The notes under the pieces: generated by a model
Seen by the model: the letters and a program-made list of their open reading frames with translations, nothing else
Told to the model about the DNA's origin: nothing
The model's database searches: none
Source of the DNA: an uncultured Acidobacteriota bacterium
GTDB lineage: Bacteria; Acidobacteriota; Blastocatellia; RBC074
Reading direction: 5' to 3'
DNA: 64,000 bases
NCBI GenBank assembly: GCA_963796275.1
Contig: CAWCKY010000004.1
Location: forward strand, 768,001-832,000
Shown here: positions 51,853 through 61,172 of the stretch, piece by piece
Layout of the letters: each line of letters starts with the position of its first letter
How positions within the stretch are numbered: the first letter of the stretch is position 1
Made by a program: the position numbers and the translations under genes

Positions 51853-54313
51853 CTACTCATACCGCAGCGCCACCATCGGATCCACCTTCGTTGCCCGCCG
51901 CGCCGGAATCCAACAGGCTACCAATGCAATAAACACCAACACCAGCGCAATCACAGCAAAGGTCTTGAAGTCAGTCGCGCTCACTTCAAATAGCATCCGG
52001 GTCATCAGACGGGTCAACGCCATGGACGCCAGCAAGCCAAGCATCACGCCCAGCAGCGCCAGCTTCATCCCCTGGCCTATTACCAGCTTCAATACATCTC
52101 GACGTCGCGCGCCCAACGCCATTCGCAAACCGACTTCGTGCGTGCGCTGTGCGACTGCGTACGACATCACACCGTAAAGCCCCACGGCAGCCAATCCCAG
52201 CGCCAGGGTCGCAAACAGCCCGAGCACCTGCAGATTGAAGCGCTGTTGCCAGAGCGCATCGGCAATCACCTGCTCCATGAGCTCTACATTCGAGACCGGC
52301 AGGCTGCGATCGACCGCTCTGACCGTCTCTCGCACCGCTGCGGCGAGATTCTGCGGCTCGATGCTAGTACGGACGATTAAGGTCATTGAGGAGTACCGGC
52401 CTGCGCGGCTCGTGTAAAAGCCCCGGCCTTGTTGGAAAGACAGATAGCATTCGTTCGATGGCGCATCCGTCCAGCTACTCTGTTTGATATCCTTTACAAC
52501 GCCGACCACCGTCAGCCACTGTGGCGCCTGCGAATTGTCGCGCGGATTGTCGAGCGTGATGCGCTTGCCGATGGGGGTTTCCGATGGCCAATGACGCCGG
52601 GCGAGCGTCTCGTTGATTATGACTACGCCGGGCGAGTCGGAGGTATCGCGCTCGGTGAAATCGCGCCCAGCAAGCAGCTGTGCACCCATCGTCTTGAAAG
52701 TAATCGGGGCGGCTGACGCGGAAGGTTACGCCGATCTCCTGTCCGGGCGGCGGCAGCAGACGACCTTCAATCGTCAGCGGCGTCCCCCACGTGTCGCCGG
52801 CCAGCGGCAGATGGTTGATCGCGCTCGCCGACTCGACACCCGGCAAAGCTGTGAGCCGATCTGTCAATTGCCGATAGAACGATTCGCGTGAGGGACCAAC
52901 GTATTGCGGTGCGCCGGCCAGCGAGATCGTCATCGTCAATAAGTTGCGCGGATTGAACCCAGGATCGATCGCCTGAAGTTTAGCAAAACTGTTCATCAGC
53001 AGACCCGCGCCGATCAGCAGCACCAGCGCCAACGCGAGCTCAGCGACGACGAAGATTTCGCGCAAACGGCGACGTCCGCTCGCCATCCCGCGCCCGCTCT
53101 CTTTGAGAACTTGATTTAAATCGGGCTTCGACGCAGCAAGCGCCGGAGCGAGACCGAAGAGCACGGCGGTCGCCCATGAAATCGAGAATGTGAATGCAAG
53201 CGCTGCCGCATCGATCTTGATTTCGCTCAAGCGCGGCAACCGGACGTTGAAGCCGTTAGTGTTGCCCGCCAGCAGCGCCGTCACCCAATCTACCCCCCAC
53301 ACAGCCAGGAGTATTCCAACGGCTGCGCCACACAACGAGAGCAACAAGCTCTCGGTCAGCAGTTGTCTGAAGATACGCCAGCGGCTGGCTCCCAAAGCTA
53401 CCCGAACTGCTGCCTCTTTTTGTCGCGCCGCCGCCCGCGCCAGCAACAAACAGGCCACATTTGCGCAGGCGATCAACAAGACGAATCCGACGGCGACCCA
53501 TAGGACCAGCAGCGCCCGGCGAACATCGCCGACGACCTTTTCATTCAGTTTGTCTATGCGGATATCGAGGCCGGTGTTGGCTTCCGGGTAATCGATTGCG
53601 AGTCGTTTGCACATCGCATCCATTTCGGCTTGCGCTCGCTCCAGTCCCACGCCCGATTTCAGCCGCGCAAAGATGCGCAGCGAACTCCCCCGGCGGATCG
53701 TTGTTCGATTGGTCAGATCGAGCGGCGCCCACATCTCGGCACGCGTAGCCCAAAAGGGCGGAAATTGAAACTGCGGCGGCATCACGCCGACCACAGTGTA
53801 ACTATCACCGCTCAATGTAAGCTGGCGCCCCACGATCTGCGGGTCGCCGCCAAAGATCCGCTGCCAGAGCTTATGGCTCAGCACCAGCACGTGATCTTTG
53901 CCCGGGTTGTAATCGTCGGGCTGCAGCGTGCGCCCCAACATCGGCTGCACGCCGAGCATCCCAAAAAACCCATCGCCCATCAGCAGCCCGCTGATCGCTT
54001 CCGGCCTGTCGTTGCCTGCCAGCGTGCCGCCCCACGCTTCCGCTGCCGCCATTTGCGCGAAGCTTTGGCTGCCCGTGCGGAAATCCAGAAAGTTCGCGGG
54101 CGAGACAGGACTTCGTCCGTCTTGCAAGAGCGTGACGATCTGTTCCGGATCGTGATAGGCGAGTGGGCGCAGCAGGACGCCGTTGATGATGCTGAAGATG
54201 GCCGTGTTCGCCCCAATACCGAGCGCGAGAGTGAGAACGGCAATCAAAGTGAACCCGGGTTGCTTGAGCAACATCCGGATGCCATAGCGCAAGTCTTGCA
54301 GAAGTGTTTGCAT
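51853..54313 (-). CDS. ADOP-family ABC transporter permease, frameshifted near 52697
   Basis: [11 protein letters not shown] after AGGAG; [17 protein letters not shown] junction; [17 protein letters not shown]. Confidence 0.85.
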
Positions 54314-54328
54314 ATCTCCTCTGGCATT

Positions 54329-54440
54329 CGCCTGGGGTACGCACGCTACGCACGCTTCCAACGTGCTGGACTTCGGCCAATTGGGCCAATAGAGAAAACC
54401 AGGCACGCTGGAAGCGTGCGTAGCGTGCGTACCCAGGCGA
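54329..54440. repeat. REP-like inverted repeat
   Basis: cgcctggggtacgcacgctacgcacgcttccaacgtgc ... gcacgctggaagcgtgcgtagcgtgcgtacccaggcg. Confidence 0.75.
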
Positions 54441-54630
54441 TTTTCATTGTTTCGGACGTCTTTAGACAGACAATACGAACGATAAGAGGTCAAATGTCGT
54501 GCCAGGAATGCTTTCAAATTAAATGCAATAAACGCACGACTTGATCCGAACGTTCGCAAGAAGCGGCACTGAGGCGTGTTCGCTTCTGGGATAGACAGTT
54601 CTCGATATCGGGACTGTCAGGAACGAGCGA

Positions 54631-54658
54631 TTGAGGAACTCGATCAGTCTGCTATACT
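54631..54658 (+). promoter_or_regulatory. Sigma70-like promoter (extended -10) for the small Cys-rich gene
   Basis: TTGAGG-N16-TATACT with TG at the extended -10 position. Confidence 0.4.
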
Positions 54659-54729
54659 CTCGCGGCAACACTCTCGGACAATCTAACCTACTCGGAAATT
54701 GGTGCTCATATCCAAAAGGAGAAACACGA

Positions 54730-54951
54730 ATGATCGACGGAAAACTCAAATTGCTGCTCGCAAAGCTGCTGGTTCTGCTCTCGATCGGAATTGCCGTCTC
54801 GTTGTCGAACAATCCGCGAGCATCAGCCGACCATTCCTGCATCACTTGTCCCCCACCGCCGAGCGTCTGCCCTCTGACTTGCCCTCCCGAGGCGATCTGC
54901 GGTTGGATGCGGTTCTGCAATTTCTGTTGGAAACCGCAATGCATATATTGA
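54730..54951 (+). CDS. Secreted 8-cysteine miniprotein (73-aa precursor)
   Basis: AAAGGAG RBS; signal peptide ending ASA; mature DHSCITCPPPPSVCPLTCPPEAICGWMRFCNFCWKPQCIY. Confidence 0.75.
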   Translation: MIDGKLKLLLAKLLVLLSIGIAVSLSNNPRASADHSCITCPPPPSVCPLTCPPEAICGWMRFCNFCWKPQCIY

Positions 54952-54985
54952 GATAAAGCTGGTGACGCAGGAGCTAAGTTGCCCC

Positions 54986-55611
54986 CTACTCGCATCTGAG
55001 CGCAATCATCGGATCGACTTTCGCAGCCCGGCGCGCCGGGACGTAACAGGCTACCAACGCCACTGCTATCAAGAGCAGCGTCACGGCGCCCAGGGTACTA
55101 GGGTCGCTTGCGCCCACGCCAAAGAGCAGACCCGCCATCAACCGCGTCAGGGCAAATGAGACCCCCAGCCCGATTGCGATACCTGCCGTCGCGAGCCTTA
55201 TCCCATCCGCCACCACCATTTGCAATAAGTCTTTTCGATCAGCGCCTAGCGCCATCCGGATGCCGATCTCCTGCGTGCGCTGCGCGACGGCGTATGAGAG
55301 GACGCCGTAGATACCCAGGCTGGCCAGCAACAGAGCGAGCGCCGCGAACGCCGCCAGCAGCGTCATCCCCATACGGCGCTGCGCGACCTCCTCCGCCAGT
55401 ACTTCATCCATCGTCCTGATATGCGATACCGGTTGGTTGCGATCGACCGACCAGACCGCCCTGGCGCACTGCCGCGGCAACGGTCAATGGGTCGCCCGTC
55501 GTACGTACCGTCAGATCACGCGGGGAGTTCCAGAAAGTGTCGGGCATCTGCTGATATGGAAAGAACATTTCCGCCTTGGCCGAACCTGAGATCCTGCCAC
55601 AATGTCTCCAT
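54986..55611 (-). pseudogene. Internally deleted ADOP permease
   Basis: GGGAGG RBS and METLWQDLRFG (11 codons) joined out of frame to KAEMFFPYQQ...VRTTGDP...PARRAAKVDPMIALRCE; another frameshift near 55460. Confidence 0.8.
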
Positions 55612-55628
55612 ATTTTCCTCCCGAAGAT

Positions 55629-55672
55629 GGTTCTCAGTTTTCAGTTTTCACTTTCAATCGGAAACTGAAACC
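55629..55672. repeat. Short heptamer hairpin with partial conserved core
   Basis: Minus strand reads tttcagtttccgattgaaagtgaaaactgaaaactgagaaccatcttcgggagg before ATG 55611. Confidence 0.7.
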
Positions 55673-55726
55673 ACTACGTTAGTGCCAGAGACAGCGGAAA
55701 GGTCACAGGAAAATTCGCCGTTCGAA

Positions 55727-55775
55727 TCTCAGGATGGAAAAACCACGGGGACCACGTGGTTTTTCCATCCTGAGA
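55727..55775. other. Perfect 21-bp inverted repeat with 7-nt loop
   Basis: tctcaggatggaaaaaccacg-gggacca-cgtggtttttccatcctgaga. Confidence 0.8.
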
Positions 55776-55919
55776 CTCGAGCTATCTCATTAAGGCGGCT
55801 CAGACCTTGCGCCACATTTTTGATTGGGACACAATGGGCTGTCGTCAAATTCATCGTAAAACCAATAAAATCCAGCAGAGGCTCCTGGATATTGTGCTTT
55901 GCCTGGAGGAGGTTTATCT

Positions 55920-57293
55920 ATGTTCAGATTCGATGCCGAGAAGGCAGTGACGTTCGATGACGGTTTCAGCAGACGCGATTTTCTGCACGCGGGCGCGCTC
56001 TCGATGCTCGGCCTTTCGCTTCCGCAATTTTTCAGCCTGAAGGCGCAGGGCGCGGTCGATTCCGCGAAAGACATGAATCGCATCATGATCTTTCTGCTCG
56101 GCGGCCCTAGCCAGCTCGACACGTGGGATATGAAGCCGGGCGCCCCGGCGGAGATTCGCGGCCCATACAAGCCGATCAAAACCAACGTTCCCGGCATCGA
56201 GATCAGCGAAATCTTCCCGCGCATGGCGACGCAGTGCGACAAGGTCGCGTTCGTGCACGGCTGCTATCACACCGCCGCCGCCGTGCATGACACCGGACAC
56301 CAGATGATGCAGACCGGGCGCCTATTTCAGGGCGGCATCGAACAGCCGCACATCGGCTGCGTGCTGCAGAAGCTGCAAGGCGCGCGCGGCGACGCCCCGG
56401 CGCACGTGCTGCTGCCGCGCCCCATGGGCAATACGGGCGGCAACATGCCGCACGGCCAAAACGCGGGTTATCTCGGCAAAAAATTTGATCCGTTCGTGCT
56501 CAACTCCGATCCATCCGCGCCCAACTTCAAAGTCCCCGACTTGTTACCGCCCGATTACATCTCGGCGCTGCGAACTGATCGTCGCCGTCGTTTGCGCGAT
56601 ATGGTTGATGGTGCGATGAAGGAGATCGAAGTAAGCCAGGACGCGCGCCTGATGAACGATAACTTTCATCAGGCCTATACTCTGATCTCCTCAGTAAAGA
56701 TGCGCGAGGCGTTCGACCTTTCGAAAGAACCAGACACCGTGCGCGACAAATACGGGCGCAATCGTTTCGGACAGAGTTGCCTGCTCGCTCGCCGGATGAT
56801 CGAAAGAGGCGTGCGTTTCGTGACGATCAACATGTTCGAGACAGTCTTCAACGAGATCACGTGGGACATCCACGGCTCCGCGCCGTTTAGCCCCATTATG
56901 TGTTACCGCGATTCGGTCGGCCCGATGTTCGATAACGGCTATGCCACGCTCATCGAAGAGCTCGAAGCGCGCGGCCTGCTGGCGAACACTTTGGTGATGA
57001 CTACGGGTGAATTCGGGCGCACGCCGAAGATCAACCCGGCCGGAGGCCGCGACCACTGGCCGCAGTGCTGGACCATGTTCTTCGCGGGCGGCGGGGTCAA
57101 GGGCGGGCAGAAGATCGGTTCGTCGGACGAGATCGGTGCATATCCGAAAGATCGCCCGGCATCTCCGGCGGAAGTCATCGCTACCGCATATCACGCGCTC
57201 GGCATCGACCTCGACACGGAACTCATCGCCAATCAGTCTCGTCCGATCAAAATCGTGGATCATGGAGTCAGCCCGATCAATGAGTTGTTTTGA
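55920..57293 (+). CDS. DUF1501 domain-containing protein
   Basis: GGAGGAGG RBS; SRRDFL twin-Arg-like motif; GGPSQLDTWDMKP, FGQSCLLARR..ERGVRFV, WDIH, GEFGRTP, GRDHW, GGGVKGG. Confidence 0.88.
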   Translation: MFRFDAEKAVTFDDGFSRRDFLHAGALSMLGLSLPQFFSLKAQGAVDSAKDMNRIMIFLLGGPSQLDTWDMKPGAPAEIRGPYKPIKTNVPGIEISEIFPRMATQCDKVAFVHGCYHTAAAVHDTGHQMMQTGRLFQGGIEQPHIGCVLQKLQGARGDAPAHVLLPRPMGNTGGNMPHGQNAGYLGKKFDPFVLNSDPSAPNFKVPDLLPPDYISALRTDRRRRLRDMVDGAMKEIEVSQDARLMNDNFHQAYTLISSVKMREAFDLSKEPDTVRDKYGRNRFGQSCLLARRMIERGVRFVTINMFETVFNEITWDIHGSAPFSPIMCYRDSVGPMFDNGYATLIEELEARGLLANTLVMTTGEFGRTPKINPAGGRDHWPQCWTMFFAGGGVKGGQKIGSSDEIGAYPKDRPASPAEVIATAYHALGIDLDTELIANQSRPIKIVDHGVSPINELF

Positions 57294-57313
57294 ATGAACG
57301 GAGGATGCTCGCT

Positions 57314-59587
57314 ATGAGCGGATTTCATCTCAAACTTACGGTCATCGGAGCGACGCTGCTGCTCGTGCTGGCCTACAGCAGTCCATCGATCCGGCCGGCG
57401 GCGGCGATCGCCTCGACTGCTGGCACTGCCCCGGTGAGACTAGATACGACCAGGCCGGTCAGCGAAATCAGTGCGCCCGCTGGCGGCTGGAGCTTCCGCA
57501 ATCATGTCATTCCTGTGTTCACACGACTGGGATGCAATTCGGGCGCGTGTCACGGATCGGCCGCGGGCAAAGGCGGTTTTAAGCTGACGCTGCGCGGATA
57601 CGACCCCGAGGCTGATTACAACACCCTGACGCGGCAAGCGCTCGGACGCCGCACCAACAAGATAGAACCGGCGCGCAGCCTGCTGTTGCTCAAACCGACC
57701 ATGACGATCGGGCACGGCGGCGGCAAACGACTGGAAGTCGGTTCGCTCGAGTACAAAGTGGTCTCCGAATGGATCGCCGGCGGGATGTCCGCACCGGCCG
57801 AGTCCGATGCCTCCATCACCAGACTCGAAGTGACGCCGAAAGAGATGACGCTCGGGAATGGAGTCGAAGCGCAAGTGCGCGTGAAGGCGATTTACAGCGA
57901 CGGGCAGGCAGAAGACGTGACGCGCTGGGCCAAATATGCGGCGGCGGATGGCGCTGTGGCGAGCGTGGATGAGGAGGGTAAAGTCAAAATTCTGGGCAGC
58001 GGTGAGACGGCGGTCACGGTCTGGTATCAAAGCCGCGTCGCATTCGCCCGGTTCGCCAGCCCTTATTCGGCGAACATCGCACCGGAAACCTTCACGAAAT
58101 CGAAGCGCAACAATTTCATCGACGATCTGGTATTGAAAAAACTGCAGACGTTACGGATCGCTCCTTCGGATGATGCGGCCGACCATGAATTCGTCCGCCG
58201 CGCTTATCTGGACAGCTGCGGCATCCTCCCGACGGCGCAGGAGGTCGAGAGCTTCCTCGCCGATACTACAGCAGACAAACGCGCGAAGCTGATCGACGCT
58301 TTGCTCGAACGTGAGGAGTTCGTCGACTATTGGACTAACCGCTGGGCCGACGTATTTCTGGTCTCTTCGTCTAAACTATCGTCGAACGCGATGTGGAGCT
58401 TCCACAACTGGATCCGAAACAGCGTCAAATCGAACAAGCCTTGGGACCGGATGGCGCGTGAGGTCGTCACCGCGTCGGGCAATACGCTGGAGAACGGCGC
58501 GGCCAACTACTTTGTCATCCACAAGGAACCGACCGATCTGAGCGAGAACTTCTCGATGGCGTTCCTCGGAATGAGCGTCACTTGTGCCCGCTGCCACAAT
58601 CACCCGATGGAGAAATGGACGCAGAAACAGTACTACCAGATGGCCAACCTCTTCGGGCGCGTCGGGATGAAGAACGGCACGCGGCCAGGCGATGTGGAGG
58701 TTTATACCAAACCATATGGCGAGGTGAATCACCCGCGGCTGAACCGCCCGCTCGACCCGGCGCCGCTAGACGGCGTTCCGATCACGATGGACGCGACCAA
58801 GGATCGCCGCGAGCACCTGGCCGAATGGTTGACTTCACCTCAGAACCCGTATTTCACGCGCGCGCTCGTCAATCGCGTCTGGAAGAACTTTATGGGACGC
58901 GGACTGGTAGAAGCAGTGGACGACCTGCGCGCCACCAACCCGCCGTCGAACGAGGAGTTGATGCAGGCGTTGTGCGATGAGACGGTCCGCCTCAATTTCG
59001 ACGTGAAGCGGCTGATCCGCACCATAATGAACTCCGCCGCGTACCAGCGTTCATCCAGGGCGAACGAATATAACCACCAGGACGAGAAATATTATTCGCG
59101 TTACATCGTCAGGAGGCTGAACGCCGAGGCGATGCTCGACGCGATTTCACATGTAACGGGCGCACCGACAGCCTTCCCCAATTACCCCGCGGGGATGCGC
59201 GCGATGCAACTCCCCGATGCGCGGATCAATTCGTATTTTCTGAAAGTTTTTGGCAAGCCCGACCGCACCAATACGTGTGAGTGCGAGCGATCTTCGGAAC
59301 CGACCGTGACGCAGGCGCTGCACATCATCAACGGCGACACGATCAACCAGAAGCTGCGCGCTGCGGGCGGGATCGTGGACAATTTCGTTCGCCTGGGCTT
59401 CTCGGACGAAGCGATTATCAACCACATTTATTTATCAGCACTGAGCAGACATCCAACCTCGGGTGAGATGAAAAACCTACAGGCCGTGCTTAGAGAGAGC
59501 GACGGCAGCAAAGATTCGCGGCGGCATGCGACTGAAGATGCCATCTGGTCGGTGCTGACGAGCCGTGAGTTTTTGTTCAATCATTAA
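57314..59587 (+). CDS. DUF1549/DUF1553 (PSCyt2/PSD1) planctomycete-type cytochrome c protein with Ig-like domain
   Basis: GCNSGACHG, NNFID, FVRRAYLD..G..PT, CARCHNHP, NRVW...GRG, RRL.AE, CECER, EFLFNH; GGAGG RBS before 57314. Confidence 0.88.
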   Translation: MSGFHLKLTVIGATLLLVLAYSSPSIRPAAAIASTAGTAPVRLDTTRPVSEISAPAGGWSFRNHVIPVFTRLGCNSGACHGSAAGKGGFKLTLRGYDPEADYNTLTRQALGRRTNKIEPARSLLLLKPTMTIGHGGGKRLEVGSLEYKVVSEWIAGGMSAPAESDASITRLEVTPKEMTLGNGVEAQVRVKAIYSDGQAEDVTRWAKYAAADGAVASVDEEGKVKILGSGETAVTVWYQSRVAFARFASPYSANIAPETFTKSKRNNFIDDLVLKKLQTLRIAPSDDAADHEFVRRAYLDSCGILPTAQEVESFLADTTADKRAKLIDALLEREEFVDYWTNRWADVFLVSSSKLSSNAMWSFHNWIRNSVKSNKPWDRMAREVVTASGNTLENGAANYFVIHKEPTDLSENFSMAFLGMSVTCARCHNHPMEKWTQKQYYQMANLFGRVGMKNGTRPGDVEVYTKPYGEVNHPRLNRPLDPAPLDGVPITMDATKDRREHLAEWLTSPQNPYFTRALVNRVWKNFMGRGLVEAVDDLRATNPPSNEELMQALCDETVRLNFDVKRLIRTIMNSAAYQRSSRANEYNHQDEKYYSRYIVRRLNAEAMLDAISHVTGAPTAFPNYPAGMRAMQLPDARINSYFLKVFGKPDRTNTCECERSSEPTVTQALHIINGDTINQKLRAAGGIVDNFVRLGFSDEAIINHIYLSALSRHPTSGEMKNLQAVLRESDGSKDSRRHATEDAIWSVLTSREFLFNH

Positions 59588-59599
59588 ATTTAGTATTTG

Positions 59600-59800
59600 C
59601 TCAACCTCTTCGCCGCGTCAGCGACGATTGATTATCAACGTGGGTTTAACCCCTTGGCACTAATCTTTTGCGCTGATGGATATTACGATTCCAGCCCCAA
59701 AGGGGCTGAGATACTCGATATCCAGATGCACAAAATTTTAGGTAACGACAAGGAAACCCACGGCTATAATCAACCGCCGCTACGCGGCAGAGAGGCTGGG
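59600..59800. repeat. Second copy of the REP-like element family seen at 38640-38955
   Basis: ctcaacctcttcgccgcgtcagcg...cgtgggttt and aaacccacggctataatcaaccgccgctacgcggcagagaggctg in inverted orientation. Confidence 0.75.
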
Positions 59801-59819
59801 CATCAAACGATTAACACAA

Positions 59820-61172
59820 ATGCCCATTAGCACCAGGCTCAAAATATTAAGCGTCTTTTCCGTCTTGTTGTTCTCCGCCGCACCGGCGCAGCAGGAGGTC
59901 AATTACAAACAGGTTGACGCCATCTTTCAGAACAAGTGCGTCGTATGTCACAGCCACACGACCCGCCAGAGCGGGCTCAATTTGGAGAGCTTCGACTCAC
60001 TGATAACAGGCGGAAAGCGGGGAGCGCCTGTCGTCGCCGGCAAGAGCGGCGAAAGTCTGCTGGTGAAATATATCGACGGGACTCTGAAACCGCGCATGCC
60101 GCTCGGCGACGAGCTCAGCGCCGATGAGATCGGTGTGATCAAAGCATGGATCGACGCGGGCGCCAAAGCTCCGGGCGGCGCTCCCGCAGCCGCGGTATCC
60201 ACACCTGCTGGCGTCTCACCGACTGAACCTAAATCGGACAAGAAAGGCCTTCCCGAAATCAAGCCGACGGGCCCGGTCAAGGCCGCTATCAGCAGTCTCG
60301 CCTTCCAGCCGGGTAGTTACGCGCTTGCCGTAGGCGGTTATCGGGAGATCGAGCTGAACGGTGCGGATGGCAAACCGATCGCGAAATTGGAGGGGTTGGC
60401 CAATCAGGTGCGCGGGCTCGCTTTCAGCCCTGACGGCAAACTGCTGGCAGCTGCCGGCGGCAATCCGGGTCAATTCGGCGAAATCAAACTCTGGAGCGTA
60501 ACGAATAGACAGGAGTTATTTGCGGTTCGCGGACATCGCGACAACATCTTTGCCATCGCATTCAGCCCCGACGGTAAATTGCTGGCGAGTTGCAGCTACG
60601 ATCGTATGGTGAAGTTATGGGATGTGACGACCGGCAAAGAGGTGAGAAACCTGAAAGACCACACGGACGCGGTCTTCGCCGTAGCCTTCAGCCCCGACGG
60701 CAAACTTCTGGCTTCGGCATCGGCGGATCGCACCATCAAAATTTGGAACGTGGCGACAGGCGAACGGCTCTACACCTTGGGGGACGGGCTTGATGCCATG
60801 AACACTGTGTCGTTCCATCCAGCGGGAGGGCTGCTCGCGGGCGCGGGCGCTGATCGCATCATTCGCGTCTGGGAGGTGAACCAGAAGGAAGGCAAGCAGG
60901 TCCGCTCGCTAATCGCTCACGAAGATGCAATCAATCAGGTCGTCTTTTCGCCGGATGGTAAAACGCTCGCCTCAACGGGAGCGGATAGAGTGATCAAGCT
61001 TTGGGATGCAATGGCGCCACAGTTGACCGAGATCAAAATGCTCGAACGCCAGCCCGACTGGGCTCTCGTCATGGCTTACGCGCCCGACGGCAAGAAACTT
61101 GTGGTCGGCCGCTATAACGGCTCCGTCGCAACATACGACTTGACCTCGATAAAAGGAGTGCCGCAAAAATGA
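59820..61172 (+). CDS. Planctomycete cytochrome c (PSCyt1) + WD40 beta-propeller protein
   Basis: Signal peptide; KCVVCH, GLNL, PRMP, WIDAGA; about seven AFSPDG...KLWD repeats. Confidence 0.9.
   Translation: MPISTRLKILSVFSVLLFSAAPAQQEVNYKQVDAIFQNKCVVCHSHTTRQSGLNLESFDSLITGGKRGAPVVAGKSGESLLVKYIDGTLKPRMPLGDELSADEIGVIKAWIDAGAKAPGGAPAAAVSTPAGVSPTEPKSDKKGLPEIKPTGPVKAAISSLAFQPGSYALAVGGYREIELNGADGKPIAKLEGLANQVRGLAFSPDGKLLAAAGGNPGQFGEIKLWSVTNRQELFAVRGHRDNIFAIAFSPDGKLLASCSYDRMVKLWDVTTGKEVRNLKDHTDAVFAVAFSPDGKLLASASADRTIKIWNVATGERLYTLGDGLDAMNTVSFHPAGGLLAGAGADRIIRVWEVNQKEGKQVRSLIAHEDAINQVVFSPDGKTLASTGADRVIKLWDAMAPQLTEIKMLERQPDWALVMAYAPDGKKLVVGRYNGSVATYDLTSIKGVPQK

Noticed and set aside
54730-54951. RiPP precursor (ranthipeptide, lanthipeptide or similar)
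   Set aside because: It has a Sec-type signal rather than a leader peptide, and no radical SAM, LanM or YcaO gene is in the window.
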